In this document: in pieces, positions 1-10,699 of the stretch | Layout of the letters: the number at the start of each line of letters is the position of its first letter | Numbering within the stretch: position 1 is the stretch's first letter | Assembly: GCF_000143415.4 (NCBI RefSeq) | Contig: NW_003314267.1 | Span: 2,198,932-2,262,931 of the forward strand | Source of the DNA: Selaginella moellendorffii | Taxonomy: Eukaryota > Plantae > Lycopodiophyta | DNA length: 64,000 nt | Direction of reading: 5' to 3' | Translations under genes and position numbers: made by a program | Notes under the pieces: generated by a model | The model's database searches: none | The model's input: the letters and a program-made list of their open reading frames with translations, nothing else | Told to the model about the DNA's origin: nothing

Positions 1-3000
1 GTAAACTCAGCACCTCAGCTTGAGCGAGGCATCGCCAGACAGCACCCTGGATCGACACGTCCGTGCCACTTCGCAAGTAGAACGCTACCTGGCGGCCAAA
101 TCTCAAGTCCCCATACGAAGCAGCCGCAAAGTTCTGTGCCAGTCCCTCCGCGAACAAAGCGTAGTCGGCATCCACACCACTCTGAAAATCCAGAGCTCCT
201 CTTGCTTCTTCGAAATAGATATCTTGCAGTGATCCGAGAGCGTCGCTCACTGGCTCCTCCAAGAACGTATCTCCCGCAGCAAATACTGTCGATAGAGCAT
301 GAACTTTGCGGACGATCGGTATGTCGCTTGCTGCTCCTCCTTCCTCGAGGCCCAAGAGCAGCAACAGTCCAGCCAGTGTCACGTCTGAGCTTTTGGAGTG
401 CAAAGGACTGAGGATCCAGTGGCAAGGCAATGGAAGCCTCGTCCCTTTCCACTCCCGCAGCAAAACAGTCGAGTTAGCCGTTTTCTCCTCGTCTTCTTCC
501 TCCGTTTCTTCCTCCTTGATGGTCTCAAGTTTCTTCTTGAGGTCGTGCTGCTTTGGCTGCTTCTTTTGTAGCCAAAACTTGGTGAAGTGCTGGAGTAGAA
601 ACTCTCTGCCACCTTTAAACTGCGTCGTATCATACAATCCCTTCCCCTGGTTTATACGTTTCACTGCGTCGTCGAGTGTCAACAGCCACCGTTCCTCCGA
701 AAGTATGTGCCGCGATAACGCTCGCTCCAGCGACGATGGCTCGGTCAGAAGAGCCGTCAAGTTGAGCTTGGTCTTCAGGGAGATCGAGCTCGAGCCTTTT
801 TCGAGTTCTAGAAGACGTAGAATGCCACTGGCGTAAACCCGAGCGACTAGCAGCTTTGAGGAGCAAAATCCACCTCCAGGAACTCTAGAGCTCCATCCAA
901 CTCCCAGTCCCGGCGCCGGTCCTCCCCGAGCAGTACAGCCACAATGCTCTTCTCCATGTAACTTTCCCAAGTTCACCATCTCCACACGCTTCTCTTTAGC
1001 AATGTCTAGCAGGATGTCTAGTTGTTTTGTCTCTCGTCCCAGCTTCTCGAGTCCAGAGGCCAAGCGTGCGGTAGCATGAAGAAAGTTTGCGAGCGTCAGC
1101 TTGGCATAGACTGTAGAGCTTTGGCGGAGAGTTGACACCAGTCGAGCTTGGACGCGATCAAAAGTTTGTTCCACTTGTAAAACGAGATCCGGCAATCCTT
1201 CCGGGCGCACCCTCTCGCAAACCGTTGCCAGGAAATGTAGCACAGAGCCAAGAGCCATCACCTCCGCTTCACCACCTTGGCTGCTCTCTTCCAGCCAACT
1301 TAAGCCGTACTTCACCATGGGCACGGCTATGCTCCACGACCATCCAGTATGAGAAGCCTGTGTATGTTGTTGGCCTTTAACCATGACGGGAAGTGTTCTA
1401 GCGAGAACCTCTAGAACGCTGTAAGATTCTTGTGCTAAGTTGTATATAGCGGGATCCCCTGATGATGCCGACGAGAGCCAAGCAGACAGGGCTGGATGGA
1501 AGTCTGCGAAAAGGCTGATCCCAATGCCATGGAAGATGCAAATTTTCCAGAGCCGGAGTGCTTCTTGCAGAATAGCAGAATCCTTGGAAAGGTCGGCAGC
1601 AGCAGCTCTTGGAAACATCGTAAGACGATAGCTCCATTCGAACAACTCGGACGTGGCAGTTTGCAGCGCTCCCAGCTCTGCAAAGTGGACACAGTAAGAC
1701 TTGGAAGCCTGCGACAAGACCTGCAAAAAACGAAAGGGTAAGCCCTGAGATCTAAACGCAGCATTATGGTACATGCCTTTAAGAGTTGTATAGCTTTAGC
1801 TCGAACGAGAGGAACCAGAGGAGTATCATCATCTTCTTCAGGTAATAGAAATCGTTGGATGACGGAATTGATAAGCCTCGGACATTCCATGACGGCCTTC
1901 GCTGCAGCTGGAGAATGCCTCGCAAAGGCTACAAGAGTAGACAACAGGGCCGCGTTTACGGCCGCATCAAGCTTTTCGACCTGTTAAGTCGGACGTTATT
2001 AGATTCACGCATAATCGAGAAACCAAACCTCTAGAATATATCGGATCCTGGGAAGAACACCCATCCTGATAAAACCAGCAGCTACATCTTTCGTAGCAAC
2101 AGTCGCGTCGTCCGCCACAGTGGTATCACTGTTGTCATTGTCATTGTTGTTCACTTGCGAAAGAAGAAGCTCGGAGGACTTGACGTTGTATTTCCAGTAG
2201 CCACCTCCCAAGTAGCCGTCTTCTTCATGATTGCTGCGCTTGCGAAACACTGGAGCAGTCCACCACAATGGCCCGCCCGGCCATGATCTCTGCAACCAAA
2301 CGTGTGCATCATAAACTGTTTTCACAAAGAAGAACAGCAACTCCTTACCTCGCAGAGGTTAAAAAAGTCATCATTTTGAGAGCTGCTCAGCATAGCCTGT
2401 AGAGCCTTGGCACACGACACCACGGAAGTCAGATTTGTATCATCCAACGCAAGCCTGCAAGCCGGGAATGTCAATAAAGAAAGGAAAGAACTGAGGGTAG
2501 TTCGTCGCCTACCTCAATGTTAACGTGAGTTCTGGCTGTGGTCCAAGACAATAGGCCCAGACAGCTTGCCAATCGTAGTCATTTCTTCCGTCTTGAAGGC
2601 CACTGGCAGCATTTGAGAAAATTGTGCCAAGTAGCTGGACACCAGCAGCTCTATGCGCGGGAACCTTGGAAAAAATTCGCAAAGTTAGAGCCTTCAACTC
2701 TGTGGTTTAGTTGAGATAAACACTACCGTGCTTCGTGAAAGTAGTGCTGCCTCCTTGATAGTGTAGCCCAGTGCAGAAGGATCTCCTTCGGCCCGGAGGT
2801 AATCCCGCTGCGCAACACTAGAAAGATCTTATATGCAGTATTGTCAGCTCAAAGACCAAGAGAGCAGTAAAAAGGAAAAAAAAAAGATAAAGAAACTTAC
2901 CGGAATCGTCTTGCATGTCTGTGTTGCTGCTGCTTATCACTTCTCCATCTAAGCCAAATCGCATCGACTTGATAGCTTCGACCCTCTCGGTCCAGGCGCT

Positions 3001-3689
3001 CGTCATGACTCCGGCCACCACTTTTACACTCTTTTCTTGCTCGTTTGCTCGAACAGGAATTTGCATCTTCGCGTCTTTTGGAGTAGCAGTCGAAGTACTA
3101 GTTTTCGCGCTTTTATCGCCATCTTCTGGAGAGATGGGATTTTTCTCTCCAAAACGTTGCTTCTCCTTTTCCATGCCTCGCCTTTGTAGCATCTTTATTT
3201 TTTCTGGACCCAGACGCTCGAGCAATTCCCCGTGAGCGTCGGAGATTTCTTGCGAGCTCATCGAAGAAATTCTGGCTCGATTCTCAGCATCGATCTCCTG
3301 GGCTTGCGACGGCACTGCATCCTTTCCTTGCGCGGCGGCAGCGGCAGCGGCAGCTACCTCCTTCCATCTCGAATCATCCCTGGATTTCCTTTGCAATGGC
3401 CGAGCAGCATCTCTCCCACCTTCCAGAGGCCCGTCGAGCTCATCCAAATCCACAATCTCATCGGAACGAGGAGAGAAAACGCCCCAATGCTGTCTCCAAT
3501 CCCATGCAAATCGATCAAAATCCCGGCCAGGGGAAAGACAATCGCAGCACTTACCGGGCCGTGAGATCGATGCCGCGCGACTGGAAATGGCAATGCAGTG
3601 ATCGCTGGCAGCTGCGGGGAGGAATCCCCGGCGGCGGAGAAGCCCTTCTCCTTGATCTCGCCGAGGACGCCGAGCGGCTCGTACTCCAT
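1..3689 (-). CDS. IYO: MINIYO/RPAP1-like RNA polymerase II-associated protein, multi-exon, 3' part continues beyond the left edge
   Basis: Exon 1 (3689-3555) encodes FPVARHRSHGP and is followed by a GTAAG donor. ORF 2818-3714 has the RPAP1-N motif QEIDAENRARISSMSSQEI...ELLERL. Later exons carry GYWKYNVK, GFIRMGVLPRIRYILE and ARHSPAAAKAVMECPRL, typical of plant IYO. Confidence 0.85.
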
Positions 3690-3829
3690 GCCGAAAAACC
3701 CTACTTAGTAGCACGCCATAAAGGAAAATCTCGGCCGTCCACTTGGGCTGGATTCAAGCCGTGCATTACTCGCGCGCAATAAGTTTAAATTCTTAGTAAC
3801 TTTCCAGTTTTTACGATATAGCATCATAG

Positions 3830-5048
3830 CTAAATTCTAAGAGCGTCCAACACCCACTTGCGATGAAGTCCACCAGCTTGCATAGCCGCCATATAATCCC
3901 TATAAACCATAGGCTTAAACACCGGAGAACCCTCCACCAATTCGCTAGCCGGGAGCACTAAACTCTCCCAGCTTGGCCCCATTGCTACTGGAATGGACAT
4001 TCGATCTTCACTGCTGTTAACCACAGCCCTGTGCTCGGGACTCTTATACTTGTCATTACTCAAAATCTGCAAAAAAAAAAAACATTTGACCAGCCAGTCA
4101 ACTTATAGTCGACGAAAGAGTCAACGCTGACCTGGATCTGGTCGCCCAGGTTGACCACGAACGAGTAAGGTATGGGCTTCACGGAGTACCACTCGTTACC
4201 GTGCATCACCTGGAGACCCTCGACGTGATCTTGGAGCAGCAGCGTGATCGATCCGGGGTCCGAGTGTGGGGCGATTCCCAGCACCAGATCGGGCTCGGGG
4301 CAAGCAGGATAGAAGTTGAGAGCCATGACTTGCGAGCAGCCATTGAATGCCTTGTCGATGTAATCCTTTGGAAGATCCAAGCTCTCGGAGATGAGCTCCA
4401 GGATGAACTTCGCAAGGTTTCGAACACGAGTGGAGTAATTGGCAGTAACTTTCCTACAAGATGATCATGTAAGAAAGGATTGGGAGGATTTTATACCTGT
4501 AAGATCCTGGCTTGTCAGGCCAAAGATTTTGTATCTCGGACAGTGGGAGGCAGCTATGGCGGAGGAAATCTCTCCAGCTAAAGACCTTGTCTTGAGTAAT
4601 ATTGAAGCTGGTTCCATACCTCATTCGTGATTCGATGTCTGTGGAGAAGTAGCGCATTTTCTCCTCGTTTGGGAGAGCATGGAATTCACGAGCCACCGAT
4701 TGCATTTCATCCACCAAAGAATGGGGAACGCCGTGATTGATCACCTATTAATAAAATGATGGAGATGGAGATTACATAATACATAGACCAAGTGATAAGC
4801 AAGAAAAATTAGAATTTTCTTACCTGGAAGAAGCCCCAATTCACGCAAGCTTCCCGGATTTGTGAGACAAGAGCTGCTCGAGCCTTGCTCGAATTCAAGG
4901 CGGCGCCAAGATCCAAGACTGGGAAGCTTTCTTCACGATGAACGGCATTTGGGCGGCCCTCTTTGGACTGGATGTAAATGTCGGGCACCTTGTGAAGGCC
5001 CGAATCCACCAGATTTTTCACACCTAAGTGGAGCGGAAGAATTTCCAT
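3830..5048 (-). CDS. 2-oxoglutarate/Fe(II)-dependent dioxygenase (DOXC class, DMR6-like/At2g36690-like), copy 1, 4 exons
   Basis: WGFFQ|VINHGV, RYGTSFN...WRDFLRH, NFYPACP, HSD...H iron ligands (PHSDPG, EHRAVV) and RMS 2OG-binding motif; GT-AG introns; ATG at 5048. Confidence 0.9.
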
Positions 5049-6012
5049 TGTCTTCCTTTGGTAGCTTTTAGGCTTTAGGTAGCACTGGGTTTTGATATAT
5101 TTCCTGCTGTTCCGAGCTGACTCGGTATAGGACAGGCATTTGGAGACGTTTTTGCAAAAAGAACAAGAGTTTGAGCATCTTTGATTCGGTAATGCCATGA
5201 ATTCCAGTTTATATATACATATGTGTTTTATAATTTAAAATAAGTTACTTTAATGTGAGCGTGGTATCACTGACTTGCATTATTAATAAAATAGAGCTTA
5301 ACATCAGAACTAGAATATGCCTAAATAACATGAGTGAATGCACATATATAACAATATAATATATGGAATTTTAAAGTCTTCTACCAACCAAAAGTTAGCA
5401 AGTTTTGTTTATACTTTCTAATATGTGAAACATGTGAATTTTTTTTATAGAGAGATAGTGTTACTACCTAAAACTGATATAATTGTTTTCTTAGATGTTT
5501 TTGGCATGCAAGCTGGTGACATCCTTTTGGATTTATTTTTGTTAGCAAGTTTATCCCCAGTAATAGTCTTTATTATATCAATATTTATATTTTTCAAACA
5601 TCTAGTGTGAGGGCCAAGTGTACGGCTACAATGCCGTATACTAATATTAGCGTAGTGGATTTTGGTAGCCATCAGATTGATTTCAATCCAGACCACTCGC
5701 TCCTGTATATAAACTAGGGTTTTTGGGCTAATTGATATGCACATTTCTGTATTCCCTTTCCATATTCCATGCACTCACATTGGTGGAGGTGAGGGGCACC
5801 TTTGATTGTCCCTGGGGAGTGCTTGGATTTAGGATTTCGGTTTAGATCTAGCTTTTGCATTGTCTAGATCTAGCTTTTTCCATTTCCTTTCTTTTGTTCT
5901 TTCCTTTCAAGATTTTGGTTTAGATCTAGCTTTTTGCATTGTCTAGATCTACGATTTCTTTCCAGCTTTTTGTCATTTCTCTTCTTTTGCTCTTTCTTTC
6001 TCATTCATTTTC

Positions 6013-6945
6013 ATGGCCGATCCGCAATCTCCTCCTTTGACTCTAGAGCAGCAGTTGGTTCAATTGCTTGATACTATGCACTTGCAATTGAACAACCAAA
6101 CTCAGTTGATGGCGGCATTCACGGCACATGGTACAACTCCTCCTGCTTTTGGTGCCAATCCTCGCGTTCGGCCGGAGTTCTTTCGTGGGAATCCTGGGGA
6201 TGATATGTACCATTGGTTCGATCATTTCACGGTGATTGCCACATATCATTCTTGGGATGATGCTCGACGTTTGCGTGAGTTCCCCACATGTCTTCAAGGG
6301 ACGGCATTGCAGTGGTACAATGGATTGAGTGCAGCTACTCGTGGCGATTGGAGTGTTCTTCCGGACGTCTTCAAACGCGCCTTCGGACACGCCGACGATT
6401 GTGATGATGCCTTCCAACAATTGCATCATCTTCGCCAAGGGCCATCTGAGTCGGTGATGCAATTTGGCGTTCGTTTCCGAAGTCTTTTGCTTCGTGCGGA
6501 GCCAAATATGTCGGAGCGGATCAAGCTAGGAATGCTGTGGCCAGCACTTCGTCAAGATCTTGTCGGATTTGTGCATGCACTTGCTCCTGCCACTCTTGAC
6601 GATGCTCTTCGCTTGGCACAACGTTATGAGACGTCGCCTCTTCCACTTCTTGCTACACGTCCTTCAACTCCACTTCCTATGAGTGATGGTCCTGTTCCCA
6701 TGGAGGTTGATGCTGCTGCTGCTCGAGTCCAAGGACAAGGGCGAGGACGTGGTCGTGGCCGTGACGTTCGTTGCTGGGCGTGTGATGAAGTTGGTCATAC
6801 TTATCGGCGTTGTCGGCGCTTTCCGGATTGGCGACCTCCATTTCCTGGGTGGAGACCTTGGCGTCAGCAACGTCCCGTTGGTGCTGCTGCGGTGGAAGGT
6901 TTGGATACCGAGGTGCATTTGGGAAACGAGGAGTCGCACGAGTAA
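6013..6945 (+). CDS. gag: Retrotransposon Gag
   Basis: 310-aa ORF with capsid-like region (LQGTALQWY, LRQGPSESV), PVPMEVD and CCHC knuckle CWACDEVGHTYRRC. Confidence 0.9.
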   Translation: MADPQSPPLTLEQQLVQLLDTMHLQLNNQTQLMAAFTAHGTTPPAFGANPRVRPEFFRGNPGDDMYHWFDHFTVIATYHSWDDARRLREFPTCLQGTALQWYNGLSAATRGDWSVLPDVFKRAFGHADDCDDAFQQLHHLRQGPSESVMQFGVRFRSLLLRAEPNMSERIKLGMLWPALRQDLVGFVHALAPATLDDALRLAQRYETSPLPLLATRPSTPLPMSDGPVPMEVDAAAARVQGQGRGRGRGRDVRCWACDEVGHTYRRCRRFPDWRPPFPGWRPWRQQRPVGAAAVEGLDTEVHLGNEESHE

Positions 6946-6984
6946 TGGAGGGACCTTGCGCGAATAAGTTAGTGACCCCTCCAT
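6921..6984 (+). promoter_or_regulatory. Putative -1 programmed ribosomal frameshift signal (slippery heptamer plus H-type pseudoknot)
   Basis: G GGA AAC in gag phase at 6921-6927; 6-nt spacer; stem 1 6934-6942 with 6955-6963; stem 2 ATGGAGGG 6945-6952 with CCCTCCAT 6977-6984. Confidence 0.75.
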
Positions 6985-9900
6985 CTTTCTTTTGGGAGTA
7001 TCATCAAGGGGTTCACTCGGCACCGGTTCATCCAGTGTTTACTTTCCAAGCTCGTTTTTATAACAAGAGGTCTCCTATTCTTCTCTCCGTGTTGGTTGAT
7101 ACAGGTTCGAGTTTATCTTCTATTGCTTGACCTGTTGCCACACGTTGTCGTCTACACTTGCGTCGTGCGGCAGATCCAGTTTTCATTCTTTATGGCAACG
7201 GCCGTACACAGGCATGTGCACGAGATGAGGCGGACCTGGTTGTGCGTGTGGGCGATCTCGAGCTTGAGTTGCAGTCGTTGCGGGTGGTGCCGAGTCAAGC
7301 TTTTGACCTCATTCTTGGTATGGATTGGTTGCAGCACAATCATGCCAAGTGTGACTTTGAGGCTTTTCCCCCTTGTCTCATACTTCCTTATGTTTCATCC
7401 ATTCCTCTCACTTCCGTACCTCTTCGTCCCTCTACTTCTACCTCTGCTTCCATTACTTTTGTTCCCCCATTATTTCCTCTTGTGTTTCCATCTTGTTCTA
7501 CTCTTCCCTTTTCTGATCCCTCTGATGATCTTTGTGTTGCAGCTGTTGACCAGCTCATGAAGGAGTATTCTGATCTCTTTGAATTTGACTTATCGTCTGG
7601 GGCCAAGATTGCCATACGTCATCCCATTCCAACCGGGGATGCTCGTCCAATCAAGGTTCCTGTTCGTCGTCGGTCACCCAAGGAGATCAAGATTTTACGT
7701 GCAAACGTCAAGGAGATGTTGGAGAAGGGTGTTATTCGGAAGTCGCGGAGTCCTTGGGCATGTGAACCTCATCTTGTGACGAAGCCTGATGGGAGTATTC
7801 GTTTCTGCATCGACTATCGTCCGTTAAATGAAGTGACGATCCCGGACGTGTACCTTCTTCCTCACACTGCTGATCTCTTGGATCGTCTGGGGCGAAGTCG
7901 TTGGTTCACCAAGCTAGATCTTGCTTCTGGGTATTGGCAAGTACCGATGGCTGAAGACGATATTCCTAAGACTGCTTTTCGTACACCATTTGGTTTGTAC
8001 GAGTTTTTGGTGATGCCGTTTGGTTTGAACAATGCTCCAGCAACTTTTCAGCGGATGATGGACGAGGTTCTTTGCGATATGCCGGAGGTGACGGCTGACT
8101 TCATTGATGATGTCTTGATCCACTCGGAGGGGACGTGGGAGGAGCATGTTCGTGATGTTTGTAAAGTGTTGGATCGGCTACGCGACGTTGGTTTAAAGCT
8201 GAAGTGGTCGAAGTGCGTGTTTGGGTCCAAGGACACAACTTATCTTGGGTACCGTATTTCTCGTGAGGGTTTGCAAGTTGATCCTGACAAACTTGTGGCT
8301 GTTCTAAAGTTCCCTACTCCAAAGTGTGTGAATGATGTGCAGCGCTTTTTGGGTAAGGTGCAGTATCTCGGTCGTTTTGTGGATCATCTTTCCGATCGCA
8401 CTATACCATTGCAAGCGTTGCTGAAGTCATCAACGTCATCTTTCATCTGGTCTCTCGATTTTGAGCGGGCGTTCGTGAATCTTAAAGAGCTATTGACGAC
8501 TCCTCCGGTTTTGGCATATCCTGACTACACTCGACCTTTTATTTTGCGCGTGGATGCTTCTGACATTGGTCTTGGAGGTGTGTTGATGCAAGAGAGCTCG
8601 AGTGTGCCTGGTCAGCACCATCCCATTGCATACATAAGCCGTACATTACAACCAGCGGAGATGAACTACTCCACGACGGAGAAGGAGTGTTTAGCAGCGG
8701 TCTGGGGTTTCGAGAAACTTCATGCCTATCTATATGGTTCTCGGACGTTACTTGAAGGTGACCATGCTATTGTTACTTCATAATTGAAGCGGAAGAACAT
8801 GGTTGGTCGTACGGCTCGATGGGCTTTGAAGCTTTAGATATATGATTTCGATGTTGTTCATCGCCCAGGGAGTTCTATGGCTGATGCTGATGCCCTCTCT
8901 CGAGCTCCTCTTCCTTCTCCACTCACTTCTCATGTTTCTGATGAACCTGTTGTTCCAGCATCTGTGGTTTTTCTAGATGAGGATTCTATGCCGTCGGCGG
9001 TTGCTGTCCTTGACGTTCAGTGTCCACAGGGCATAGAGCAAGATCTACCTTCTCTGGATGAGGTTCGCGAAGCTCAAAAGATTGAGCCATGGATTCGAAG
9101 GCTTCGAGATGGGTTTGAGAATCCTGCATCACTTGCTGATGACTTACCTTTTCGGCATTTACATTCTCAATATCGCCTTGAAGATGGCCTTCTTTATTTT
9201 GTGGGGACGGATCCTGATACTCATTTATGGCTGGTGGTGCCTTCGGTGTTTATTCCGCGGTTTCTCCATGCCTACCATGATTCTCCTATTCTAGGTGGGC
9301 ATATGGGACACCGTCGTGTCACCGAGAAGCTGCGCAGATCTTTCTATTGGCCAGAGATGCGACGTGATATTATCCGGTATGTGTGTAGCTGCGTTTGGTG
9401 CCAAGCTCGTAATACTCCCCCTTGTGCTGCGGAAGGACGGTTGGAGTCAATTGCAGTTTCTCGTCCGTTTGAGTTGGTGGCGTTTAATCTTATGGGACCT
9501 TTTCCGCGATCAACTGCTGGCAATGAGTATGTTATTATTGCTTCTGACTACTTGACTCATTGGGTGGAAGTTGATGCTCTTGCTAGTGCCTCTGCAACTG
9601 CTGTTGGATACTTCCTCCTCAATCGAGTGGTGTTCCAGCATTCTTGTCCAGAACGGATTCTTTCGGATAATGGTCCTGCATTTATGGCTGAGGTATTTCA
9701 TGTTTTGACATCTCGGTTGGGGATACGCCACACTTTTACGAGTGCTTATCATTCACAATCAGACGGTCTAGTGGAACGGCTCGTTCGGACATTCAAAAGG
9801 ATGATTGCGAAGTATGTGAACTTTCAACATTCGGATTGGGATGGTTATTTGCCGTCTCTTCGGTATGCTTATGTCACAGGGGTGCAAAGTTCTGTTGGTG

Positions 9901-10408
9901 CTTCACCACATAAACTTCTATATGGTCATGATCCAATATTACCAACAAAGCTGGGTTTACCTTCGCGATTGCCACGAGCTCCTGATGCTAGGTCATGGGA
10001 TCAATATTTGACAAGCATTCTTCCACTTGTCCGAGCAGAGTCTGCTGAACACTTAGGCCGCATACAAGTGGGACAACAACGGCGCTACAATTCCCATCAT
10101 CGTCCACCAGCGGAGTACAAAGTGGATGATTTGGTGTTAGTCCGTTTTCCCCATCTTACGGTACATGGTTTATCTAAGGGGATCCTTGCGCAGTGGAAGG
10201 ACCGTATCGGGTGTTGCAGCAAGTTGGACCACAAGTTTATGAGGTTTGGCATGATGTTCAGCAAGCCGATCCTCCGGAGATTGTGCATGTGCAGCGGTTA
10301 AAACGCTTCATACAAAGGGATCAGGAGCAGTTAATACCGTCTACAGATCCACCGATGCCTCCTCCTGACGTTCCTCCAGATCCCGGCCCGTCTACAAGAG
10401 AACCCTGA
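6921..10408 (+). pseudogene. pol: Retrotransposon Pol (PR-RT-RNaseH-INT) in the -1 frame relative to gag, disrupted
   Basis: VLVDTGSS protease, RFCIDYRPLN and FIDDVLI RT, VDASDIG RNase H, HHCC plus SDNGPAF integrase, GPY motif. In-frame stops at 7128, 8781 and 8835, and a frameshift near 10195. Confidence 0.9.
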
Positions 10409-10699
10409 CGGCCTTCCATTATTCCGAGAGGAGGGGATGATGTGAGGGCCAAGTGTACGGCTACGATGCCGTATACTAATATTAGCGTAATGGATTTTGG
10501 TAGCCGTCGGATTGGTTTCAATCCGGACCACTCGCTCCTGTATATAAGCTAGGGTTTTTGGGTTAATTGATATGCACATTTCTGTATTCCCTTTCCATAT
10601 TCCATGCACTCATACTAGGAAGTAACACATAATTAATTTACATATTTGTTCCATAGTTGAATGCCAAATACTATAGATAGAAAGTGGATTACATCACTA

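Larger units (their letters stand above)
5606..10614 (+). mobile_element. Full-length Ty3/gypsy LTR retrotransposon, no chromodomain seen, now inactivated
   Basis: 174-bp LTRs at 5606-5779 and 10441-10614 (TGTGAG...CTCACA/CTCATA); CTAG flanks both ends; PBS TGGTGGAGGTG after the 5' LTR; PPT GAGAGGAGGGGATGA; gag-PR-RT-RH-INT order. Confidence 0.95.

Noticed and set aside
5836-5955. Direct repeats TTTAGATCTAGCTTTT in the retrotransposon leader
   Set aside because: Ordinary short duplication in a 5' UTR with no evidence of separate function.
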